A stretch of 63,390 nucleotides of DNA, the filler included, from Rhabdomonas costata (taxonomy: Eukaryota), in NCBI GenBank assembly GCA_019059605.1. It is 45 parts of 45 records of this genome, joined end to end, with 100 filler letters (N's around TTAATTAATTAA, not from the genome) between each part and the next. Parts side by side here need not be neighbours in the genome. Positions count along the whole stretch, not along the records: positions 26,825 to 28,135 come from JAHMHO010019796.1; positions 28,236 to 29,546 come from JAHMHO010019797.1; positions 29,647 to 30,957 come from JAHMHO010019798.1; positions 31,058 to 32,370 come from JAHMHO010019799.1; positions 32,471 to 33,781 come from JAHMHO010019800.1; positions 33,882 to 35,191 come from JAHMHO010019801.1; positions 35,292 to 36,604 come from JAHMHO010019802.1; positions 36,705 to 38,014 come from JAHMHO010019803.1; 37 more parts are not named here. One strand, written 5' to 3'. This document shows positions 26,825-38,114 of the stretch, one piece after another. Made by a program: the position numbers and the translations under genes. Position 1 is the first letter of the stretch. Every line of letters starts with the position of its first letter. Below the pieces are notes generated by a model. That model searched no databases. It saw only the letters and a list, made by a program, of their open reading frames with translations, and had not been told where the DNA came from.

Positions 26825-28136
26825 TTTGTGGTGTACCACCAGTGGCGACTCAGGGGGAACATACTTAAAGTGAAAAAGGTTTCTGATATCCTCGACCCGG
26901 GAGTTGTTACAGGGTTTCTCAGCTTTCTGATAAAGGTAGAGCTCAATAAAGGCATCACTGATATTTGAGGACGACAACGGACACAGCGGCAAGATGGACA
27001 ACTCTTCCCGGTATGCCTGAACAATTCTTTCGCGCAAATTTGCGAAACGACATCCCGGTCTAAAGGATGGGTTTGGAAGAGGAGCCGGCAACGTGGCAAT
27101 TCTGTGCCACACAGTCTTGGCCTGCTCCACAAGCACATCGACAGCACGTCGTACAGCGTCGCGAAGATCCTCCGCATACCTGCGCACTTGGTTCACGGAG
27201 TACGCATCGGTAAAGGTAGAATGCTGAGTCAGACCAATAAAATAAATGATAATCGGAGAGGAACACCCAGGCCGAGGGTGAAAGACGCGGAAGGTCTCGT
27301 CTGGAGCAAAGGGAGTAGCAACATCACCTTCAAGCTGAAAAAAGGAGCCTCTTTCGCACTCTCTTGCAAGCTCTGTTGCTCCCTCGGCACCCATCCCAGC
27401 ATCGACGACGAAAAGGATGTCCACAAAATATCCAAATCGAGGGTCAGAAAACAGCCGGAACGGCACGTTTATATCGATACCTGCATCCCGGAGTCGGTAG
27501 AAAGGCGCCAGATTAGGCTCTTCGTGCACCAAACCTGTAGCAATGGGCCCCAAAGTGGGCTCCAGGCCACCAAAAGCGAGCCCAAAAAGCCTCGCCATAT
27601 GACACCCTTGGTTTCCTTGGGTGAAAGAGAACGCAGAACCACAAGTGGCCATTAGTCGGGGAACGCGATTTAGTTCCAGGTCCTGAGTTGCGTATTCTTC
27701 ACCGGTCTGCACAGCGACTTTGGTAAGGTTGGGAGAGCAAGAAACCCAGTGGAAGTCGTCCTCCGGCTTCTCGGGGTCATCAGCTATGCAGGCGCAAAGT
27801 GTCAGAGGAATGCGACCACCATGACAATGAACATCTGAATAATGTCCAGGCGCGGCCCTTCCAAGCGTTTGGAAAACGCAACGATCCCGAAGGTATTCCT
27901 CCCAGGCTTGGATAATGGAGTGCCCATGTAGGACCGCGGGAAGAAGAACAAAACGGCAAAAACTTTCCCGGTCAAGAGCATCGATGGTGGAGCAATCCAA
28001 ACCGGAAAGTTGAGCAACGCGGGTTACCACGTCCTCACCCAGTGTTCCAGTGCACATTCGACAAAACTTCCGGTAATCCTTGACTTCTACATTCTCATGG
28101 AAGGCACTTGGTTGCTTGAATTGCTTGGCTACACAN
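26825..28136 (-). CDS. Intronless cytosolic phospholipase A2 / lysophospholipase (PLAC)-domain protein; partial, open at both contig ends
   Basis: LMATCGSAFS matches cPLA2 LMGxWGSAFS; RLRDAGIDINVPF...VDILFVVDA matches the catalytic-Asp motif LVDxGLxxNxP...VDLIISFD; the frame has no stop across the ~1.3-kb contig. Confidence 0.75.
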
Positions 28137-28235
28137 NNNNNNNNNNNNNNNNNNNNNNNNNNNNNNNNNNNNNNNNNNNTTAATTAATTAANNNNNNNNN
28201 NNNNNNNNNNNNNNNNNNNNNNNNNNNNNNNNNNN

Positions 28236-29438
28236 ACCATGGTTGCCATGCATATTCAGCAAGGTGAGGTTGGGAAAGGTAGGCGAAGCTGCAAGCGCCT
28301 GCAGTTCTTCATTTCCGAAGGAGTTGCCGCTCACATCCAAGGACGTAAGGTTGGGGAAAAACGAGGACGCCGCAAGGACTCGAATCCCCACCGCCCCCAT
28401 GCTGATGTAGTGCACATTTAAAGACCGCAAGTTGGGGAACAAGCAGGATGCTGCGAGCGCTCGCATTCCAGCGTCACCGATCCAATTCCCGCTCAGGTCC
28501 AGCGAGGTGAGGTTGGAGAAGAAAGGCGAAGCCGCAAACGCTTGTATTCCCGCAGTCCCAATACGATTTCCACAAACATTCAAGTACGCAAGATTGGGGA
28601 GGCAAGAGGACCCGGCAAGCGATCGAAGTCCCCCAGCGCGGATTTGATTTCCAGCGAGGTTCAAGGACCTTAGATTGGTAAACAAAGTAGATGACGCAAG
28701 CGCTCGGACCCCTTCAACACCAATTTGATTGTCCCGCAGATCCAAGATCGTGAGGTGGGGAAAGAGGGACGAAACCGCAAGAGCTTGCAGTCCTGCATCG
28801 CCGATATGGTTGTGCTGCACATTCAAAAACCTCAGGTTGGGAAAGGAAGAAGACCCACAGGCCACACCTGAGGACGTGGAGCTGGAAAGGTTTGGAGAAG
28901 CCACATGCGCGCGCCTTCCGCGCGCGCAGATCTGGTTGCTGGCAACATCCAAGTAGGAAAGGGTAGCAAAGGAAGGCACAGCCGTGAGTGCCTGCATTCC
29001 GGCAAAACCGATCTGATTGCGGGATGCATCCAGAGACGTGAGGTTGGCAAAGAAAGGAGCCGCGGCCAGCGCTCGAATGGCCAATGCCCCAATCTCGTTG
29101 CGGGACACATCCAAGGACCTGAGGTTCGGGAAAAGTGAGGAGGCGCGTTCAGCACTCATTTCGAGCATAAGCCCCAGGAGATTCCAGTCTTTGATTGAGA
29201 TCTCTGCGGCCGAGCATCCCAGCCACATGCTTTCGCATGGAATTTCCACTTCGCAACGCCCTCGTAGTATCCTTGGAACGCGAAGAGCAACCTTTCCCTG
29301 AGGGACCAGGAACCCATCCACAAGCGACCGAAACTGCTGGCACACCAGCCGCAGGATCAGCTGTGCCCTTAGTCTCAGAAATTGAAAGGTGCAAACAAAA
29401 GTGTCCTCAGGAAGTGCTTGTGCCATCAACACGGACAT
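28236..29438 (-). CDS. Intronless F-box + RI-like leucine-rich-repeat protein (partial)
   Basis: LPEDTFVCTFQFLRLRAQLILRLVCQQFRSLV is an F-box; ~10 repeats of ~28 aa with consensus FPNLTSLDLSGNxIGDAGxRALAAS. Confidence 0.9.
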
Positions 29439-32143
29439 TGGTGCCCTTTTGTAAGAAAATCTGGAAAAAGAAAAAAGACACAATCAGATCCAAAGGTGCA
29501 CCATGTTTCGTTCGGAAATGGCCATTTCCTTCCTACAACACCCACANNNNNNNNNNNNNNNNNNNNNNNNNNNNNNNNNNNNNNNNNNNNTTAATTAATT
29601 AANNNNNNNNNNNNNNNNNNNNNNNNNNNNNNNNNNNNNNNNNNNNTGGGGGGAGGGTGGGGGCGATGGGAGGATAAGTAGAGCAGGACTAGGAGGCCGC
29701 ATCCAGCCAGTAGGGCACCACGCGAGTACGCCATCGGGTGTAAGTGAGTGAGTGCTTCAGAAAAAGAGTCGGGTGGGGAACATTGGATGGAGCCAAGTGA
29801 AGGGTGTCATCAACCTCTACCACTCAATAACTGCAAAGTTGCCTCCGGAATGGCATTTGGGTCGTTCACGATTAAAATGAATATTTATGGTTTCCAATAG
29901 CAGAGACATGGAACAATCTCCGAAAATTGAGTTGAATGCGGAGCATACAAATACTCACATTCCTGGCTGCTTCCAGCGGCCCCACTCTCTCAACGCAAAA
30001 CAGCGCAAGATCGTTTTGAAGGTTAAACAATGAGCAAGGCGAGGGGGCCCTGGGCTTTATGGTAACTTACCAGCAAAGAAGCAAGTTTGCTCACCTCATC
30101 TCTAATATTTCTATGTTTCGGGCAAAACAAGTACAGCAACGTCAGCCACGGTTTCACTACAGAGCAATGTCATTCCACACACCACTCACTGGAAGACGGG
30201 AATCACATTCCCCGTCTGTGAAAGCGAACAGGTGAAGCCAATCGTAGCACACCCATTCAGACTTCCATAGCCATCCATTTGGAGGCTGAACTCAGAAAAC
30301 TACAAAACTCGCGATGTCGAAAGGCATCATGAAGATCAAAATATCGTTTGAATCTCCTCTCGGGAGACGCTCCGCACTCCAGCATATCAGAGAAGAAATG
30401 CTAGAACTGTGTTGGTGTCACTGTGCCATCGGGCCAAGCGGTTGGAATGGCGTAATCCACCAGCAGTTCACAACAGTCTTTGACCCCAGGGGGAGCAGAT
30501 CCAGGCCGCACTACTACACACTCGTGTCTCTTTTGCACAAGGGGGGAGCCTGGTTGCGTGCTCGTCTTTATTTCTCTGCGGTCAAGCCATTCTCGATGAT
30601 GTTCTCGGTCATTCGTCCCCTTTTGTTTGAGGGCTTGCTGGTGTTCCTGTGCATCAGCACACAAGCCAAAGGGGCGACTGCCGCCGCCGGGGCGGCCACC
30701 TCAGTGTGAGGGTCGGATGGTGAATCTTTCACAGACGGAATTGCGGCGGGTACATCGAGGCGTTGCCCGAGCATTGAGTGAAGGTGATGTTCCGAGTTGC
30801 CCTCAGGGCGGCAGGGGCCGTCTTGCTGTGGGTCATCCACCATCCCAGGATGGTGGGGCTGTCGGGGTACCCCGTGCACTCCGAACGGCCCAGAGGCGGG
30901 GGAAGGTTGACACACCTCCGGCCCCGCAGGCGGCGAAGCGTGCAAGCAAACCAACACNNNNNNNNNNNNNNNNNNNNNNNNNNNNNNNNNNNNNNNNNNN
31001 NTTAATTAATTAANNNNNNNNNNNNNNNNNNNNNNNNNNNNNNNNNNNNNNNNNNNNCCCATCCAGAGTGATTAACGATGTGGAACGGAGTTGTTGGTGG
31101 TACGCGGAGAACAACGTTCACCAGTTAATATACAGTCCGGGAGAAGCGGGTACAAAGTTTGGGCAGGATTTGCAGAGATTGAAGCCGGATAAGTTAATGG
31201 TTAAGGGAAATCCAGATGAGGCGGAGTTGCTGAGCAAATATTTCGAGTTGGTATGACTTCCAGACCATCCACCGATAGTGGCATGCCCCAGAGTAAGAGT
31301 GAAGCAGCCAGGTGTGTTGTCTCCAGATGTCCAGAGCAAAGTGTTGCATCCATTCAAGTTTGTTGTGAGGACTACAAACACATGTCACTTGGGACAGCAT
31401 GTGGGGAATTCACGTTTCCAGACAGATGAAAAGGTGGACCACTGTGCCGTGGTCGAGTGCTTGTATTACTCAGTGTATGGGTTGCCGGGTTCCAGAGTGG
31501 GAAGTTTCACAAATGACCAAATGACCGTTACCCTACGTTTATCAGACACTTTGCCCTTGACGAGAGGAGGTCAATTCCACAGAAGCCAGGGAGCGGAGAA
31601 GACTTGCTGAGCAAGTACCTAACATATTTTGGACCCCCACCTGGTTGAGGTTCTGGAGAGTTGCACAGAACCGGAGAGTTTCAGAGATGGAAGATCCTTT
31701 CCACAGATGGTGTTGATCAGAGCTCAGGTTTTGTGACTGATTCCAGAGATGTGCTATGTGGATTGTGATTCCAGATGTGTGTGCGGTTGCGTGTTGTTTC
31801 CAGAGGGTATGTGGCGTGTTTCCAGAACGTGTTGCGTGATGTGACGTCTTTCCAGAGCGTGTGTTGTCTGCGTGTTGCAAAGCGAGTGGAAGGAGGTCTG
31901 GTGCAGAGATGTTCCAGAGGACGAGTTTACACAGGTTATTTTCCACAGTTTTCCAGAGCTGGACCGTCGTGAGTGATCAGCCGTCGCCCGTCTGTTGGGA
32001 CGTTCTCCGTCCTAGTACGGGAGCGTGTAACGGTCCAGGTCACCAATGTTTTCCTCATTTCAGAGGTAGACAGCCAGGACATCAAGGTGTTTCCAGAGAC
32101 TAGTTTCCAGAGGTTTTATACAGATTCCAGAGAGCCGACAAGA

Positions 32144-32239
32144 TGAGCGGAGACTGATCTCAGCCTCTCGTGAACCAGCTCCTGGCCAAACGCTAGGTCA
32201 GGAGCTGGTTCACGAGAGGCTGAGATCAGTCTCCGCTCA
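32144..32239. repeat. Perfect 41-bp inverted repeat with a 14-nt loop
   Basis: tgagcggagactgatctcagcctctcgtgaaccagctcctg ... caggagctggttcacgagaggctgagatcagtctccgctca. Confidence 0.9.
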
Positions 32240-34870
32240 GCTATGGCCTGCGGATCTGCTGTGGTTCTTTTAGGGCACCTCTGTAACAACAAAAGGCGAA
32301 AAGTAACGAGAAAAACACTCTGGAAAACAAAGCGACCTGACGATTTTTGATTTCTTCAACACCTAACGTANNNNNNNNNNNNNNNNNNNNNNNNNNNNNN
32401 NNNNNNNNNNNNNNTTAATTAATTAANNNNNNNNNNNNNNNNNNNNNNNNNNNNNNNNNNNNNNNNNNNNTTTTTGTTTTTTTGATTTTTTGATTTTTTG
32501 AATTTTGTAAGCAATGCAGTGGAAGAAAATAAATTCTGTTCCCAGTCTCATAATCTTTGAGTCAGTCGTCAAATTTAGTGATCCTGCAGATCAGGTCTCT
32601 GGTGGCTGCGTGGATACACTGGGGACACTCCGCATGTCACCACTTCTGGTAAGCATCTGTCAAGTTGACTAAATGCCATTTGCTGAAGCATTTCTCAGAG
32701 AGAAGGATTAGACTCCCTAGCGGTCACTGGAGCATGATTGAGTGATCTCCGCAAGCAACGTGCTAGCAGCGGCAACCGTAGTCAGAGGTTTGGTAAATCC
32801 ATTATCAATCCGCAAGGCTGCCAGTGGTACTGAACCATCTAATTGACCACGTTGACCATCCACTGTCAACGGTTGCTGTTGGAATACCGCAGCCTTTGTT
32901 GGAACTGAAGTGGACGGCTTCGACGCTGCGCACATCTAAAACCACTCTTCCGTCTGCGCTATTGTATCCACTGTCTAGGCTTTTTGAGAGCATGAAAATA
33001 CCAGTCCCAAATGAACATGCCAAATCAAGGAAAGTACTCCACCACTGTTGTGGGAGCGGTACATTTGTGATTGGTTGATAAAGCCAAACTCAACAAAAGC
33101 TCACTTTTTCTGATTGTTTGTATGCCATTCCTGTCTTTAGATCTTCAAAATGGTTCCTTTGCCACTCGTTTGCCAAATTTATGCAGCTGCGCGGAAGAAA
33201 AAGGCTTTTCTGCGGCGTGAACCACGTGGGTGGTGAGGCGCTTGCGAGACCAGCTTGACTCTTTGTGTCTGCGCTTGGACTGCGCTTCTTGTATGCCATA
33301 ATACAACGCTTTTGCTCCTCCGCGTGAATGCTGAATCTGGTAGAGAAGCTCAAAGATGCTGAAGAGCGCCGTCATGAAGCAAAACATTTTCAGGTGGACT
33401 CTTTTTTTTCACGTTTTCTGCTAGGCCGCTTACTGAGATCTTGTGAGTTAGGTCCGCACTTTTTAAATTAAAAGGCTCATAGGGGTGTGGCGCAGGAACT
33501 TGGACTTGAGCTTCTGGAAGGACGATTCCCTCGTCGAGAAGGGCAGGCTGGATTTGTAAAGCGTTGCAAAGCGCACATGGTAGATGACAGATACTGGATT
33601 TGCGCTGGGCAAACCGCGCAACAGCCCTTGCTTGTCGGATGCCATCCGCCGGCAATTCTGTCAACATACACTTGGTGGAACCAGCGCGACACACTTGACC
33701 AATTCAGTGAAAATATACGGGCACCCGGCGAAGCCTGTAAGAGACAAGGGCAAACGTGTCGCTTGTCGAAACCCTGCCCTGNNNNNNNNNNNNNNNNNNN
33801 NNNNNNNNNNNNNNNNNNNNNNNNNTTAATTAATTAANNNNNNNNNNNNNNNNNNNNNNNNNNNNNNNNNNNNNNNNNNNNAATCCAGTGCATATCCGTT
33901 GTGCTTGTAATCAAGCTGATTTTGAGCTTCTACTGTCACCTGTTACTTTTGAGATGACGTGTGCCTTATCATCGCCCCAAAAGACCAATTTGGTTGCTGA
34001 ACAGTTCTAAACGGAGCGTCGCCCACCCAACGTCCCAGCTCAGCGGCCCCCCCCCCTCGAGCCGCTGCCTTTCCCTGAAACGGACCTCTCCCACTCGTCC
34101 AGCAACGCCCAGCAGCAACAGTTTCTGTGACCAGCAACCGTCAAGATGAGGCGTCAGAGGTAAGCACTCTTTATCCAAAAAGCCGGAAATGTTTAGTGGT
34201 GGTGACCCTTGAATACCATGTATCATGTTAAACAAAGCAATTGCCACTGAAAGATGTGAATGGATGAGGGATGAGGGACGTATTGGTTCGCTGTCCCGGG
34301 AGGTTGTTGCCTCCGCCACATGTCCCTCGAGCAGCGGAAGTGTTCGGTCCAAGGGAGTGCCTTGTCCGGCGGAGAGCTCTGATGGTGCCCCGGTCAGACC
34401 GCCACACCCCCCGCCTTCTGTACATGCGCCTAAGCCCTCGCAGAGCATTGCGGGGGTAGTTGGGGCAGCGGTGTCGCCTGTACTCAGCTTAGAGGCCCAG
34501 CTGGCTGAGGCCGCGGCAGCAGCTGAGCGGCGGCTGGCGAAGCTGAAGGCTGAGGTGTATGTCTTGTTGTGCAATGGGACTTGCGTGGGAGGGGTGGGGC
34601 ACTTTGTTTTCTTTTGACCAGCCACAACTCACGTGCGTTTGTGCATCCCACCCACCACCAACAACAACTCCACTGATGTGCTCAAAAGGATTTTTGATCC
34701 TCTGATGAGTATCGGGATTCTGATATCCCCTCCTTCTCCCCCTGTGGTAGTTACTTCAGTTTGTGATACCCCCACCCCCACAAAGGTCGCACCCACGGAA
34801 CAGCACGCTTGAATTCAGAAGATTTCGTGATCCAGCTTGTCCGTGAGTTTGGACATCCTCAGTTTTGCAG

Positions 34871-35160
34871 GTGCAACTTTTGAAAAGGACTCCGGTGTCT
34901 CTTTTGACTGGGATTGGTGTATGCCACAGCTTCTGGGCGGTGGACCGTCTGGGACCTTGCTCGGGCCGGCGGCGCACCTTGCCAGCAGTGGCAGTGTGGG
35001 ATTTGCGGTGGGCGCAGTGGGGCCAGGGTGCCCTCGGGTGGTGTTCAGCGATGCGCTCGACCAGAGGTATCTCCGGCATGGCCTGCTGAGGTTCTGTGGC
35101 GCGGCCTCGGACGAACTGAGGGCGGAGATGGTGCCCGTGCTCTGCGCGCTGCTGTCAGAG
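34871..35160 (+). CDS. Exon containing a GRIP-domain-like segment (golgin-like); probable upstream coiled-coil exon ending at ~34555
   Basis: DQRYLRHGLLRFCGAASDELRAEMVPVLCALL resembles GRIP (EYLKNVLLxF.....ER..LLPVIxxLL); upstream LEAQLAEAAAAAERRLAKLKAE followed by a GT donor. Confidence 0.55.
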
Positions 35161-35846
35161 GTTCGTCGTTAATCTCTGGCCACCCCCCCACNNNNNNNNN
35201 NNNNNNNNNNNNNNNNNNNNNNNNNNNNNNNNNNNTTAATTAATTAANNNNNNNNNNNNNNNNNNNNNNNNNNNNNNNNNNNNNNNNNNNNCTTCCGCCC
35301 ACAATGCCCTCCTTCTTCTTTTCACACCTCCCGATTTGGTTGACAAAAACTTCAGCAAAGGCTAACCACCCAATCTCCCCTCATGACTGAGCTCCCTTGC
35401 TCTCGCACTCTCTGTGGGAAAAAGTTACCAGACGGGGGCATCAGGATGGCGTAGATCGAGTCATTCGAATGCGGGGTGTTTGGCCACAGCGCGGAGGTCA
35501 CGTAAAACTGAGAGGGGCACATACGCGCACACGCACACGCACACGCACGCGCACACGCACTCAGCAACTGTGCTTGCTGAAGCATCTTGATGATGCACAA
35601 TGCCCGCGTACCGGTGAAATGCGGATTGGGGAGGGGTGTTATCCGCAGTGTCCAGCAGGGCGGTGGAGATGTGGGATGCTGGGGCAGCAAAATGAAGCAA
35701 TGCGGTTGAGGGGAGGACAAGTTCCGGAAGGGCTGTCCGATTTGAGTTCTCGTTCGCCCAAATGGACTGCAGCACATTGGGCACGCAATCTGCGGTAGCG
35801 CACCCGCTCCTGAAGGCCTGAAGTCGCTGTCCTCTCAGAAAAAGGC

Positions 35847-35880
<34 letters not shown>

Positions 35881-35887
<7 letters not shown>

Positions 35888-35972
35888 TGTGCACAAGGCA
35901 TGGTTTTGGTGGAGGTCTAATCTGCCTCCAGCGAGATTTCAACTGCTCTACCGCTGACTGGCCGCTGCTCGG
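35881..35972. repeat. Short interspersed intronic repeat; second copy at ~46043-46133
   Basis: cacacta.gtgcacaaggcatggttttggtggaggtct...tgcctccagcg...ccgctg.ctggccgct.ctcgg occurs in both contigs. Confidence 0.8.
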
Positions 35973-36064
35973 GGAACGGATTATTCCTCTGCTGCTGGGC
36001 GAAGGGTTGTTAGGAAACCCCAATGGCGCGCGCACGCGCACACACACACACACACACATATGTA

Positions 36065-36306
36065 TGCCTGCCACTGCCCGCCGACGCTGGGCTGGCCCAC
36101 GTTGATCATGCAGCTGAAGCTGTCGCCTGTCTCCTGCTGCATGTCCACGCAGGCCGGGGAGGCACCCGTGCCCCCGATCAGGAAGATGGAGGTGTTGCGG
36201 ACCGCAACCCCGCCTCCAGTGATGGTGATCCGCACGGCGTGGCCGCAGTACGCCAGGGGCTGCACGTCCAAGGCGGCCTCGATGAAGCACCCGTGGATCC
36301 CCCGCA
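36065..36306 (-). CDS. Internal exon of an unknown, possibly extracellular protein
   Basis: GC3-rich frame GIHGCFIEAALDVQPLAYCGHAVRITITGGG...FSCMINVGQPSVGGQWQ flanked by intron-like sequence. Confidence 0.5.
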
Positions 36307-37349
36307 CTGTGTGCGAAATTAACACATCGTACCCACCCATCCACACACGCCGACATGCCCACCCAACACGCAAAAAAAAAGCTGTTAGCACAGAGCGCCG
36401 GCAGTGCGCCAACTTACATCAATTCCTCGTTTTACCACGGCGGTGAACACTGCGCGCTGCTTCCACGATCTTTTTAAGAAAATTTTATCACGCATGATGA
36501 GATTTCTACTGTGCTTTGCTCAGAATGAGCACTTTGTTCAATGACACATCCGAAGACGATGCTCGATCGGTTACCAAGCATATGTGCACGATGCACACAA
36601 CACANNNNNNNNNNNNNNNNNNNNNNNNNNNNNNNNNNNNNNNNNNNNTTAATTAATTAANNNNNNNNNNNNNNNNNNNNNNNNNNNNNNNNNNNNNNNN
36701 NNNNGTGGGGGGGGTTTAGCGCGATTTGCAGCCATACTTTTTCTCCGCGTTTTAGCACACTGTTAACAAACATGATATCACAGGGTATGCCCGTGTTTTG
36801 TGCTTTTCAACTGTTTCAAGTTTTCTTGGCTTCCCTTCTCTTCCCTTCATATTTTTGTGGCACTGTGCAGTGTTCGAATCCACAGTACTTATAGAGTAAC
36901 ATTCGAGCAGTTCAAGTTCCTCTCGCGACTATCGCTCAGTGTTCACCACAACGACGGGTCTCCAGCTAAGTGGCTCAGGCCCCAGACACCTACAAGGTTG
37001 AAGATTCCTTCCAGTGGGGTACAAACAGCACATATAATGCAGCAGAGATAACGGAATCCACACCATGGTGGTGGCTGTTGCGAAAACATTTGTTTTAACT
37101 GCCTTACGCAGGTCTACTTCTTGACCAATGTTTCATTTCATTTCAATGTTTCATTTCAAAAGAAAAGCTGTATGCCAGCATACCCCACAAACGTTTCTCT
37201 CTCGCTGGCTCGCTCACTCTCTGGGCATGCGTGCAGAGGACAAATTCTCCGCATTGAAACGTACTCCGTAATCGTCTCCGCATCACGCACAATGGGAATT
37301 TACCTCTAATCCAACCCCCTCTAGTCCTCTTCTCTCTCTGGGTACATAC

Positions 37350-37606
37350 GGCTTCTTGGGGAAGACGTGGACCGTGGGGATCCTCCCCACGGTGGGGCTC
37401 AAGCAAGCCCAGCCGTAGTGCACGATCAGCTCGGCCCGGCCGTGCGCCGCGGCGACCTCGTCCACGCAGCAGCCGCTGAATGACGTGTCCCCTAGCACCA
37501 TCACCGACACCCCACTACGGGAAGAGCCACAGCACTCCCCGCCATCGCAGCTACTGCGGGTGCAGCCCCCGCTGCTGCTTGTCTCTGCCTTGAGACACAG
37601 CGAAGC
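37350..37606 (-). CDS. DPH2: Diphthamide biosynthesis protein 2, internal exon
   Basis: [43 protein letters not shown] matches the DPH2 signature ([14 protein letters not shown]...VHYG.ACLSP). Confidence 0.88.
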
Positions 37607-37880
37607 CTATTTGGTGGTCCGCCCATTCCCTCACAAACAAACACACAAACACCAACAAAACAACTGACCAATTCGCAAGCTGTCCAATGGTTTTGTTGCT
37701 TCTTTGTATTTGTCCCGATGTAAAACCTTGACCCATCTTTATCCATGGAAAAGGAGCTGAGACTACCTATTTTTCCCTGCACGCTCGTTGCATTGACGTG
37801 TGCCTTCTTTATCATTGATTTTCTTATATTCTTACTTTTAATGAATCGGGCCAAGCATTTACATAATTTACATAATGTTC

Positions 37881-37917
37881 CCACAGCACAGCACAGCACA
37901 GCACAGCACAGCACAGC
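37881..37917. repeat. (CACAG)n pentanucleotide microsatellite
   Basis: Read directly. Confidence 0.9.
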
Positions 37918-38114
37918 TCAGGCAATCCTACAAAAAGTGTGCCGCCTGCTTGGGTCATAAGCTGTCTGAGCCTCGAGCAGTCGCGAGACTCAATATCTGT
38001 CTCTCCCACAAACCNNNNNNNNNNNNNNNNNNNNNNNNNNNNNNNNNNNNNNNNNNNNTTAATTAATTAANNNNNNNNNNNNNNNNNNNNNNNNNNNNNN
38101 NNNNNNNNNNNNNN

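Noticed and set aside
26825-29546. PLA2 and F-box/LRR genes as a linked defence cluster
   Set aside because: They are on separate contigs joined by an artificial spacer, so adjacency is uninformative
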